Positions 51,394-63,736 of a stretch of 64,000 nt of DNA are shown here, piece by piece. The DNA is from Lytechinus pictus (taxonomy: Eukaryota). Both the position numbers and the translations under genes were made by a program. The DNA lies in NCBI RefSeq assembly GCF_037042905.1, contig NC_087251.1, positions 46,254,001-46,318,000 of the forward strand. Direction: 5' to 3'. A model generated the notes under the pieces. It had not been told where the DNA came from and ran no database searches. It worked only from the letters and a program-made list of their open reading frames with translations. Numbering within the stretch: the stretch's first letter is position 1; the number at the start of each line of letters is the position of its first letter.

Positions 51394-53163
51394 TTATAAG
51401 GGAGAATATTCACACATATATGAAATAATGAAACAATTATCAAAATATGTTACTTTGGGGAAAAATACCTATATATATGGAAAGCCAATAAAGTAAACTT
51501 TCAAATGACGCCAAAAAGTTGGAAAACTATTCATGCTTGAGTGAGCACTACCCACTTAAACAAAGGGTATGAAAATTAGGGTGGGCAGGAATTAGCCTTC
51601 CAATTTCTTTCAGTTTTTGAGAGGCGAGTCCCTTGGAACTTGCAAAGTTGAGGGTGTTGTGATAAATAAATGATCAATTCAAATTGTTAGAGCTAATTTC
51701 ATGAATTACTAAATTGAAATTTCATGCATGAGTGAGTGTCAGTTGTAGTTTAGTGCAGCATTTTAACTTTTTATCATGTGGATCTCAGCAGTGTGTTCAT
51801 TGAAGTAAGGAAAATAGGGGTGAGATAGGACTTAAGTTGGTGAAGTAAGCTGATAGGAAAAAGGTCATCAGAATGTTTAGCCTCCCTTTAATCGAGACTG
51901 AATGCTACTACATGTACGCATAAAGTCCAGAGCGGACTGTCAATTTGAAACATTTTGAGAATTCGGTTATCAACTTTTACCATTCGATGAAAAATTTGTT
52001 AGTAAATCAACTCAATCAATGTGATCAATTAAACATTCAGCCTTTTCAATAAATTATAAATCAATTATTCAGCTTTTTCAATGAATTCATAAATCATCAT
52101 AATTAGTCAATTTCTTAGAATCATTTAATGGAAAATAAAAGACCCATCATCTATCAGTCACTTGGCATTTAAGTTTTGAATACCATGATCCAGGAGAAAG
52201 AAAGAAAGAAAGAGGGGATGCAGGGGAGGAAATTTGCAAGAGAACACAAAGAAGAATGCCCCTTTAACTGTTAAACCCAGTCTTACCCTAGCTGACCCCC
52301 TTGCATGCAAAAGGTAACATCGCATTACTCTGACTCTCACAAGCGCATTGCTAAGATCCACATAATAAACTTAAAATGCTACACTAAATTACAATTCCTG
52401 TTTACTCATGCACTGCATTTCAATTTAGTAACTCATGAAATTAGCTTAAGAAACCAAAACTGATCTCAATTCATCAATAATTTAGCATGACACCTTTAAC
52501 TTTGCAAGTTCCAAAAGACTCACCTCTAAACAAAACTGGAACGCTAATTCCTGCACATCCTAGCAAAGGCAAGTCTCTCAGGATGGGAGGAAGGGGTAGA
52601 GAGAGGGGGGGGGGAGGGGGTGGGTGGGTGGCTAAGTGTTCTGTTGGCCTTTGTACCATCAACCTACTTCCCCCACCTAAGTCCTATCCCATCCCTATTC
52701 TGACTCCCATTAACACATTGCTGAGATCCACGTGAAAAGGTGAAAAATGATGCACTAAAAAATGTAATTCATGTTTACTCATGCATTAAATTTAAATTTG
52801 ATAATTCTTGAAATTAGCTCTAAGAACCTAAATTGATAATGATTGATCATTAATTTATCACAACACCCTCAACTTTGCAAGTTCCAGGGGACTCGCCTCT
52901 CAAAAACTGAAAGAAATTGGAAGGCTTATTCCTGCCCACCCTAATCTTCATACCCTTTGTTTAAGTGGGTAGTGCTCACTCAAGCATGAATAGTTTTCCA
53001 ACTTTTTGGTGTCAATTGAAAGTTTACTTTATTGGCTTTCTATATATAGGTATTTTTCCCCAAAGTAACATATTTTGATAAATTGTTTCATTATTTCATA
53101 TATGTGTGAATATTCTCCCTTATAATTATTTCAAAAGTGTATAGTTTTTTTTGAGACGCACTG
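51394..53163. mobile_element. Foldback-like element with ~440-bp inverted arms and a Tc1-type right terminus
   Basis: 51394-~51835 is the reverse complement of ~52677-53125; the outer ~280 bp are nearly identical. A diverged third arm copy is at ~52340-52562. The right side continues to ...GAGACGCACTG|TA. Confidence 0.75.
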
Positions 53164-53837
53164 TAGAGAGATATTTTAAGGACTGTGCCATTAAACGGAT
53201 TCCACTGATAAAATAATGCGAGCGCGAAGCGCGAGCTGAATTTTTTTGCTATCAGACCTAAAAAAGGGACATTATACGCATTTCTTTTGTAATCATGACA
53301 CGTAACTGTCTCACTTAGCAAACAATGCGAGTGCGAAGCGCGAGCTGAAATTTTTGTATATATTGACCCCCAAACAGAAACATTTTTATAAGGCATACTG
53401 ACCTTATATAGAGAGACATTTTAAGGACTCTGCCATTAAACGGATGTGTATCCCACTTATGAAATAATGCGAGCGCAAAGCGCGAGCTGAAATTTTTTTA
53501 TATTAAGACCTAAAAAAGGGACATTATAAGCAATTTTTTTTTGTAATCATGACACGTAACTGTCTCACTTAGCAAACAATGCGAGTGCGAGCTGTTTTTA
53601 GGTATTCATTAAGAGCATACATAGTCATCTAATGCGAGCACCAAGAGTTAAAACTACACCTGAACACATGAAACACTTTATGTAGTCATTTTAATTATGA
53701 ACATGATTCGCATCTCACCAATCAGATATTGCGAGCAAAATTTTTTTGAAATTCAGTCTTGAACAGTGAAGAGGGGCATTTTAAGGCTTGTTAGTAAAAA
53801 ATAACCAAGACCTTACGTATTTCACTAACTAAATGAT

Positions 53838-56800
53838 CAGCGGCGTAACAGGGGTCGGTGGCCTGGCCAGGGGGGGGGGGGGGGAAAGAACCAAAAATTT
53901 CCCGGTCATATAGCATACTAACCTCGTACTACAGTGCGTATAAAAAAAAACGGGACAGATTTGAAAAGTCTATACAATTTTAGTTTCAAATTATTATGTC
54001 TATATTTTGGTGTTAATATGTGCTCTAAGGTCTTGTCTTTCAAATGCTATTAAAAAAAATTAGTTTCGTTCATGCTTGAGCGAACACGGGACGTTTTTGT
54101 TGGGGGTTCAAAAAGAGGCTTGCGCCAGAATTGCAGAATATGAGTAATATGATGATCGGACTTCTTTCTAATTAGCAGACTTCCTCTTAACCTTTTCATT
54201 ATCTTTGCCATAATTTTCAAATCATGCGGTCAAAATTCATTTTCAGATCTATTTATTTGCTTGAATTATTCTGTTATTTCTTTTTAATATGCTCTCTGTT
54301 AGCTTTGAATATTCCTTCTTCAAGCTAAAATTTTTATTTACAACCGAATTATGGGAGAGCATTGATTTTTTTATTCAAATCCTTTCATTATGTGCTACAA
54401 AGGTTATGGTTCCTTTTGAACAAAGCCACACAGATGGGCGGGCGCTCGGGTTGCTCCCCCCCCTTAATTAAAAAAATCATGACCAAGAAAAAAGTGGACA
54501 GGAAATAAAAGGAAAGATAGAAAGTAAAATATGATATTATTTTCTGAATATTATGTCAAAATCTATCACAAACTTTGATATTGTAATTTAAAAAAGTGGG
54601 AATATTTGCGTGCTCACTTCGCTCGCTCACAACTTTTTAATACATTTTACTCGATCTGTCATATCTAGCTCCTTCAAAATTCACTCAATACATCATGGTC
54701 ATTGAAAGACATGAATCCCTTCCTGTGTTTCCTGTCAAGCAATTAAACTTGGTCAAGGAATTAATGACCCATTGAAAAATAGATTCATGTCTTTTAAAGG
54801 TACATAACATAATTTGTTTCACATAATAAAACGATTTGAATAATCACAAGTTTTCCCAATTAATAATTCAAATCTTCTTGCTTGGGTTGACAAAAAAAAT
54901 CTTCTTTCCTCAGTTACTTATGAAGGAAAATTAAAAGGTAAGAGAAGTTTAAATGAAAAAACAAAATAATTCAATTAAATAAATAACTTTGTAAATGAAA
55001 TTTGACAGCATAATTTGAAAATTGTGGCACAGATAATGAAAAGGTCAAGAGGAAGTCTCCTGATTAGCAAAAAGTCTGATCACTGTATTACACATATTCT
55101 GCAATTCTGGCGCAAGCCTCTTTTTGAACCCCCAACAAAAACGTCATGTGTTCGCTCAAGCATGAATAAAATTTATTTTTTTAAATTGCATTTCAAAGAT
55201 AAGACCTTAGAGCATCTATTAACACTATATATATCATTATTTAAAACAAAAATTTGATAGACTTTTCAAATCTGTCCCGTTTTTTTTTATACGCACTGTA
55301 GTGTGAGTGGGTCATATCATGGTATGAACAGGCGTAATGGTGTAATGAGGCGACGATTTTGAGAGGGCGAGAAATGCGGCGTATCGGGCAGAATTTATCT
55401 TTTAAAAAAAATGTTGCGAGCGAGCGAGCAAAAATTTTGAAATTTTTGATACAAAAATTCAATTTTTTGATGGATTTTGACATGATATCCAGAGAATACA
55501 TTTCAATCTTTTCTCTTTCCAGTCCTTTTTTTTTGGTGGTCTGTATACGCCACTGTGAACAGGATTTTTTGCGGCAGTAGCGTGAAGAGTAAAAAAAAAT
55601 AATAATAAAAGGGCGCAGTATGGCGCATGTACTAAAAAGCAACTTAATATAAATCCCGAGCGAGCGAAGCGAGCGAGGAAAAAAACTACCTTTTTATGAA
55701 AATCTACATTTGAGATATTTTTTGACATTATATTCAGTAAATAAAATCATAGTCCTACACTTTTCCTTTGCTTTTCTTTCCTCCTTTTTTTTTCTTGTTT
55801 GCAGAACTTTTGGGGGCCATGGCCCAACCCTTCCATACTCATATACGACAGTGCTTTGCGGTTGGGGTCCTGGGCGGAGCGCCCGGAACACCTTGATATC
55901 AACGCCATTTAAACCTCGCAGATTGCCGCTATTTTTAATCAAATCGCGGGTATATACAGGATATAGCTTTTACACAACACATTTATTCAACCCAGTTGCG
56001 TAATGAACCAAATATTTTGAGGGGGCAAAACATGGCGATGTGGGAAAATTTGTTAAAAGTCGCCAGCGAGCAAAGCGAGCTGGAAAAAAAATTGCCTATT
56101 GAAATTAAATTTTAATTATGTGATAGATTTTTCCATTATATTCAGCAAATAACACATTTCATTGTTTCCATTTGTTTCATTACTTTGTCTCCTATAATTT
56201 CTTTTATTTCCCCCTGGGTGTGGGATCAAGACCCCCCCCCCCACGCCTGTACGCCAGTGATTGAACGAAAAGCTTAATGTAGGAAGGGTCCCTACAGGGG
56301 GCGTTATAGAGCCATTTGAATGTTAGGCCTATAGATGAAGAGCCCCTACTGCGTGGGGTCTAGGGCAAAGCCCTGGTAGCTTTTTTGCATAAAATTTAGC
56401 AAGCCTATAGCACAATGTTGTATGTATATATGCAGTCAATCTTTCTTCCCACTCTTTATTTTCAATCCTCGGCAGCCCGGTCGTGTTATTAAGTGTTTTT
56501 TTTTCTTGTTCTTCTTTGTTTTCCAAGTTAGCTTTTGACTAATTCAATTCTACCTTCATTTCCCGCTATTGTTTGCCATTTTTCCCATCATGCTATTGCT
56601 TTACATAGGCCTATTTCGGAATGATTTGTTCTTTCTCAAATGTTCTTCTTTCGTTCTTTTACCCGCTTTCCTTCCTTTTCCATTTAAAAAAAATAATGAT
56701 TTCTTCGTTTTATTTTGATATTTCCCTTTCCCTTTCCTCCTTTCCTTTTCCCTTTTCCTTCCCCCTTCCCTTTCTCCCCGCTCCCTTTTCTTTTTCCCCG

Positions 56801-56861
56801 TTTTCCCGGTGAAATCCGCCAAGGGGCAGCTTGCCCCCCCCCCCCGCCTGTTACGCCACTG
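53838..56861. mobile_element. Non-autonomous hAT-type composite element (3024 bp)
   Basis: TIR CAGCGGCGTAACAGG / CCTGTTACGCCACTG (14/15 match). 8-bp TSD TAAATGAT at 53830-53837 and 56862-56869. Confidence 0.8.
53932..55298. mobile_element. Non-autonomous Tc1/mariner element with long TIRs
   Basis: TA|CAGTGCGTATAAAAAAAAAACGGGACAGATTTGAAAAGTCTAT ... ATAGACTTTTCAAATCTGTCCCGTTTTTTTTTATACGCACTG|TA. Inverted similarity extends ~350 bp. No transposase ORF. Confidence 0.85.
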
Positions 56862-57921
56862 TAAATGATGCGAGCGCGAGCTGAAAATTTTTGATATTCA
56901 GACCAGAAAAAGAAGAACTGTTTTTATTTTAGGCATTCATGAAGAGCACCAATCCACTAAAGCGAACTTAAGCACGGACTGGAAATGTTTTATATTCAGA
57001 CCTTAAAAGGGCATAATTGCTTTATTTATCCATAATTACTTATATTATTTATTTATTTATTTAGTCATTCATTTATTCATTTATTAATTCAATTTTTCAT
57101 TCATTTCGATGTGAAAAAAACATTGAACATAGCAGCCTTATAGCTGAATTGCATACAATTCACAATGATTTATACAACAGTCAATAACATTTAAGAACAT
57201 CAAAATAGTAAAAAATCAACTCTCATCTAGATTCATGAATATGGACATAAAAGAAATAATTCGATAATAAAGATTTTATAGTATAATTTGTTTTGGGGGT
57301 GAAGTGGAAAGTGGGGTAAAACGGACTACCTAATTTTGGCTCGTCATATCTCTGTAATAGAAAATTCCCCCAAAATGAATGCAATATGAAATTGTTTTGG
57401 CACTTTTCGTGCTGAAGAGTGAGTCTTTGTCAGAAGCATTTTTGTCTCACCTGCATAGCAGAGTGAGACTATAGGCGCCGCTTTTCCGACGGCGACGGCG
57501 GCGGCGACGGCGGCGGCGGCGGCGGCGTCAACACCAAATCTTAACCTGAGGTTAAGTTTTTGAAATGACAGCATAACTTAGAAAGTATATGGACCTAGTT
57601 CATGAAACTTGGCCATAAGGTTAATCAAGTATTACTGAACATCCTGCCTGAGTTTCATGTCACATGACCAAGGTCAAAGGTCATTTAGGGTCAATGAACT
57701 TAGACCATGTTGGGGGAATCAACATCAAAATCTTAACCTAAGGTTAAGTTTTTGAAATGTCATCATAACTTAGAAAATATATGGACCTAGTTCATGAAAC
57801 TTATACATAAGGTTAATCAAGTATCACTGAACATCCTGCATGAGTTTCACATCACATGACCAAGGTCAAAGGTCATTTAGGGTCAATGAACTTTGGCCGA
57901 ATTGGGGGTATCTGTTGAATT

Positions 57922-59349
57922 GAATATATTAATTGTTGATCCATTAGTACACATATTTAATCTTTCCTTAATTAATGGCGTCGTGCCTGACAATATGAAA
58001 ATATCTAAGGTAATACCAGTGTATAAAAAAGGAGATACGAATAATGTATGTAACTATAGACCGATATCTTTATTGCCTACTCTATCAAAGGTTCTAGAAA
58101 GAGTGATGTATACAAGACTATTAGACTTTTTGAATAAATATAATATAATTTCTGACTTTCAATTTGGATTCCGCCAAAAGCATAGTACATCTCATGCTAC
58201 TCTTTCATTTGTTGAAAAAATCACAAAAGCTATTGATAACTTTGAACATACAGTAGGTGTTTTTCTGGACCTCTCCAAGGCCTTTGACACTATAAATCAT
58301 GAAATACTACTATACAAACTTGAAAATTACGGAATCCGTGGAAAGGCCTTGGAGTGGTTCAGGAATTACCTAATAAACCGTAAACAGTTTGTTAACATAA
58401 ATGAACGAAATTCTTCTCTACTAAAGGTCAACCGGGGTGTTCCTCAAGGTAGCATACTGGGCCCACTTTTATTTACGATCTATATAAATGACATCCACAA
58501 TTCTTCGACAATATTATCTTATATTCTTTTTGCAGATGATTCAAATGTACTTTATTCTCATCCCAATCCCGATATTTTAGTCAATATATTGAATATTGAA
58601 CTGGAGAAGCTAGTACAATGGATAAGATCTAATAAATTGTCAATCAATGTACAAAAAACGAAATGTATGCTTTTCAGCAATTCTTTAGATAAATTACCAT
58701 ACGATATTAAATTGGACAACGCTGACATTGAAGTGGTCGCTTCAACAAAATTTTTAGGCCTGATAGTAGACAACAATTATCTTGGAAAACACACATTGAT
58801 TCTATATGCCGTACAATTTCACGTAATATTGGTGTTATAAATAAGGTCAAGTTTTTTCTTCCATCTTCCTCCCTAAAAATGCTTTATTCAACATTAATTT
58901 TACCTTATCTAAACTACGGGATAATTGCCTGGGGAAATACACATACATCATATCTAGAAAGAATATTACTTTTACAGAAAAAGGCATTGCGCGTTATTTT
59001 TAATATGGCCTGGAGATCCCATACAGACCAATTGTTTATTGACAATAAAATCTTAAAAGTAAAAACATTATATCAATATAACTTGGGTCAATTTATGTAT
59101 CAATTAAATAATAATATGCTACCATCAATCTTCGATTCTTCATTTAACAAAAACAAAACTATCCATAAATACCCTACACGTCAATCCGACGAATTTCATT
59201 TTCCTTTACCCCGGACAATTCTTGCCAAATCTATCTTTACTTTCGAAGGCCCTCGACTTTGGGGCACTCTTAATAATACTATCAAAGATTCCCCAAGTCT
59301 AAATTCTTTTAAATTTAAGTTCAAAAAGTTTCTCCAAGATACTCGTTAG
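57922..59349 (+). pseudogene. LINE reverse transcriptase, 5'-truncated, one frameshift
   Basis: NYRPISLLPTLSKVLE, QFGFR, FLDLSKAFDTINH, GVPQGSILGPLLF, LFADDS, KFLGLIVD. A frameshift near 58778 joins ORF 57893-58840 to the frame of ORF 58879-59349 (YLNYGIIAWG, LQKKALRVI). Confidence 0.88.
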
Positions 59350-59815
59350 TTTGTTTAACTCTTCATCACTCATACATTATATTTTTCATTTATACTTAAC
59401 ACTACTAAGTGTGAAATATGATAATTTTCGTTTTCCTGTTGATCCGTAATATTCGCTGTGAGTGCCGGGGCAAGAATCTGGAGACCATTGATTTCGTTTT
59501 TTCTCTCATTTTCTATTTCTTTCTTTTCTTTTTTTCTTTTAAACTATTCATTTAAATAGATTTAAGCTCAACTTCTACATGTTGTATTTGTGTTTTGTTT
59601 ACATTGTTCATACAAATATGTAATAGGAGGCTGCATTCTACAAGCTTCGCTTTTTTAGCAGCCTCCTCCGTTTCCGACCTGTTATCTTAATTATTACATA
59701 TAATAAGTTTCTTTATTTGATTGATTATATCAAGATGTATGTAACAAAACTTATTGTAAATGATTGTAAATGATTGTTGGAAATGGAAAAATAAATGAAA
59801 TGAAATGAAATGAAA
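57922..59815 (+). mobile_element. 5'-truncated CR1/L2-group (Crack-like) LINE
   Basis: RT ORF2 fragment, 3' UTR stem GGAGGCTGC...GCAGCCTCC (~59626-59665), (AAATG)n tail, and TGAATT on both sides (57916-57921, 59816-59821). It interrupts one unit of the host tandem repeat. Confidence 0.88.
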
Positions 59816-62404
59816 TGAATTACCATCACAACTTTGAAAGTTTATGGATCTGATTCATGAAAATTGGACGTAATAGTAATCAAGTATTACTGAACATCCT
59901 GTGCAAGTTTCAGGTCACATGATCAAGGTCAAAGGTCATTTAGGGTCAATGAACTTTGGCCAAATTGGGGTATTTGTTGAATTACAGCCATAAATTTGAA
60001 AGTGTGTTGGTCTAGTTCATAAAACTTGGACATAATAGTAATCAAGTATCACTGAACATCCTATGCGAGTTCAGGTCACATGATCAAGGTCAAAGGTCAT
60101 GTAAGGTCAAAGAACTTTGGCCACGTTGGGGGTATTTGTTGAATTGCCATCATATCTCTATAAGTGTATTGGTCTAGTTCATAAAACGTGGAAATAAGAG
60201 TAACCAAGTATCACTGAACATCTTGTGCGAGTTATAGTAGTTTTCAAAATCAGCACTGCTGCTATATTGAATCGCGTGATGCAGGTGAGACGGCCAGAGG
60301 CATTCCACTTGTTAATTCTATTACAGGGGCAAAACGGACCCATATGGTATGTTTTTACCATGGGTCCGTTTTGCCACGAGACCAAAGTCCTTCTTATACC
60401 CCACTGGTACATTTTGGATATGACACGCGCCAGTGACCCCTAACGAAACATACACAAATTCATACATCACTCAATACATTCATGCTTTATAACATAATCA
60501 CCAAAAATCTTTAAAGGGGATGATGGCAAATTCTTCAAAAAAATAACCCTTATCAGTTCTATATATAGACTCTAAAATAACTTCAAGTACCCCTCATTTT
60601 GCGTTTTTCACTATACAAACGACATATTTTCTCTCTTAAAGATGAAATTTTTGTCAGATCCATCTTTTTTAAAGACGAATTACGCAATGATGTCATTTAG
60701 GCACTTGATACATGATACTTGATGTAGAAATCCCTTTGGCAACTCATACTGGGATGATGAATAAATTAGTGAGCCACTCATTGGCGCCACAGTGGGGCCG
60801 GCGATTCACGGAGATATGGGGTGGGTTCGTCTTACCCAATCTGTTTTACCACACTTTTCCCTATGTCATGAAAACGAGGCATATAATGTCACTATATGAA
60901 ACAATAATAACTCTAAGTGCGAGGAAATAATATTTGGTGTATATTGACTTGAAAACGGGATAATACAACAGGATTATATCTCATGATGATTGGTTAACAC
61001 ATATATGATATAGGCCCTAAGCAAATTATGTTTCATAAAGTTATGAAAGAAATATTTCTAATATAATAATAATAATAATATAACATAATACAATACAATA
61101 AACAATAATTTATTCATCCCCCACTTCGTTCCTCTAGCTTTCTTTCTCCCGCCCCCAGCACCCCGCTTCCTGCAGGGTCATTAGTAAGTAACCCCGTCTC
61201 CAGGATCGCTGCCATGCGCCGGCCGGCCGAGCAAAGCATTTTTCTTTTACCGGAGACGTTCAAAGCCACCATACCGTACACATCGCGCGTACAATTTGAA
61301 AAAAAAAATGGACGTGATAATATTCAACGAATAAAAACCTAAAAGGTTGAGAAGAAGATTGAACGTTTTTTTCCTAGCCGAAGGTGTTTGGTTCAGTCAG
61401 CGCAAATGCCAAAAGTTGACTGATATGTAGTTGAGAAAATGAACCCAACACAGGACTCTGAAAAAGTTGTGGACGGTCGCAAAGAATGGTAAGCATGATC
61501 TCATTTTCTTCAGTTCACACATTCAATCATGAATTTGCATACCGGTACCCGGTACGGTACCGGTACCTCAAGCGATGTTCTAACCAAAGGTAGCTCCGGC
61601 CCTCTTCGCTTCGCGGGCCGGAGCTCCCTGGGGCCGGGGCTGGGTAGCCAGGCGGCTTCTTGAGAGTAAAAATCATTTACTAACGTAGGCTTACTCTCAA
61701 TGAAGCCAGGGAGTCCTTCCTATTAATTCACCTACACGAAGGACCCCAAAACCTGAAACTTTCACCCCCGAGATTTCTACTTCTAAAAAGTAAAAGATCA
61801 TCTAGCTCTAAAAAAAATGTATAGCCTAGGCCCGGCCTAGGCCTACCCAGTTGTTGTGTGTCCGGACAGGTTGTGTGTCCGGACGATCAATTTTAGAAAG
61901 TCATTTGGAAAAAATTACAAGCGAAGTGTCATCAATTTTTAGTACAAAATGTAAGGAAATATTATAGAGAACAAAATATAAGATGATTACAAAACAACTA
62001 TTGAATTCATATTTTTAGTGTAGGCCTAGGCCTAATCTTACGACAAAAAAGAAGGCTTCAAAAATATAAAGTGTCCGGACACCCGATCCCCCATCCTACA
62101 TCATGGACATGGGTCATGGTCATGGGATAAAACTTCATTTCCGACATTTCTACGCTCTCGTTGTTATTTTTAAACAAGAATTCATCAAAAAAATTAGAAA
62201 AATATTGTGAAAAGACGGAAGAGACTTGCCCGAACTTCGGGACGGTGAATAATAATACGTGTGAGGAAAAAGATACAAATCACCAATTTTGAGGATAACC
62301 GGAAGATGGACACAGAGTGAAATACGGGTGAAGAGTAAGAAATTAAGCTATTTTACTTTCTCGTTATATTTTTTTCTATAATTTTTACAATAAATAACAT
62401 TTCC

Positions 62405-63736
62405 ATCCCACCTTTGTCACTCGGAATATCCGATCGAGTTCACCGTCCGACGCGTCCTGAAGTTCAGGTAGGTGGAGCGTAGTGTAGCGGTAGTGAAGTG
62501 GAGTGGAGCCTGCACGAACTTCCCCCGAGGTACGCTGCGCTAAACTACGTTGGCTCCACTCACGAATACATAGACTGAAGAGTTGTTGGCCCGTACCTAT
62601 AGACAACGTATAGTTATAGTGAACTAACGTTTTATAGGTTGCAATTTAAGACTGTCTTTTTAAGCGAAATTTACAGTTTCATGGTTTCCATTAGCAGGGA
62701 AATATAAATAATTTAAGACTTATTGCGTACCTTGGACCGGAGTAATTGAAAAAAAATCCTCTGGATGATTGAGAAATCTTTCATCTAAGACATTTTCACC
62801 TAAGCTGACGGCTTTTCTTGCAAGTCGCCATCTTGAATGACGTCATTATCCTTATTAACTTTTTAATGTCTCGATATACTTGTACTTGTATATTTCCTTC
62901 CTCCGGTCTTCGGAGATCGGCGGCAAGCCGCAGAGTTCAGGTCCTTTCTTGATGGTGCTGTCGACATAGGTGGATTTTTAAGATGTATCTTAGGCAGTGA
63001 CATGTCAGAGAGGAAGCAGAGGAGGAGGGCAGGGAGTGTGAGGGAAAGAGGATGAGGGGGTCATTTCCAGTATATCGAATGTCGTCTGCTACCTGTGATC
63101 GTAGCGGTTTAGCTCGCATGTGGAGCAGATCGTATGATATTGAAAGCGAAATAGATATCACATTCGTAAATTATTGATGCCCTCTCCGTTCGTTGGTAAA
63201 TACTTCATATTTTGGCTGCCATTTTGGGGGTGATTCTTGAGACCAAGACAAGTAAACATCGGTTAAGTACTATTTTATCTCATTTTAATCTATTTTTTCA
63301 AATTTCTTGATTCTTCACATTCTCAAGACATTATTTAGGTAGTATCTAAATCCTTAAGACTGTAAATTTGATTTTAAAAAAAATATTGAAGTCTGGATAG
63401 TACTAGTCGACCGAATTGATGACCGTGATAACACATGCGAGCTCACACTAACGTACTACCGTCGGTGAATGGGGATTATAGTGAAATGTCAGAAATTGTT
63501 AAGGAAATCTCCAGAAACGACGGTTATTCCTGAAACTTTGTGTAAATTAAGAATATTAGTTTTAATCATTCTTAAAGATCGTGATGTTGCATGAATTTTA
63601 TATTTTCCCCCCATAAAATCCCACCTTTGTCACTCGGAATATCAGAGCGAGTTCACGGGCTCGATGTTCGGGTAGGTGGAGCGTAGTGTAGCGGTAGTGA
63701 AGTGGAGTAGAGCCTGCATGAACATCGCTTGAGGTA
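62405..63736. repeat. Dispersed ~120-bp direct repeat pair (62405-62532, 63618-63736), possibly termini of a DIRS-type tyrosine-recombinase retroelement
   Basis: Shared ATCCCACCTTTGTCACTCGGAATATC..CGAGTTCAC and GGTAGGTGGAGCGTAGTGTAGCGGTAGTGAAGTGGAGTRGAGCCTGCAYGAAC...GAGGTA. The repeat is directly visible; the DIRS link is recollection only. Confidence 0.6.

Larger units (their letters stand above)
57439..60313 (+). mobile_element. Non-autonomous Helentron/DINE-1-like rolling-circle element with internal tandem repeats
   Basis: T-run, then 13-bp subTIR GTCTCACCTGCAT (57444-57456) with adjacent partial inverted repeat GTGAGAC, (GGC)n microsatellite, ~120-190-bp tandem repeats, subterminal ATGCAGGTGAGAC (60279-60291) and end ...CACTTGTT. 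No TSD seen. Confidence 0.7.

Noticed and set aside
57893..57921. N-terminal MAELGVSVEL of the LINE ORF
   Set aside because: Derived from the host tandem repeat upstream of the insertion point; the LINE is 5'-truncated.
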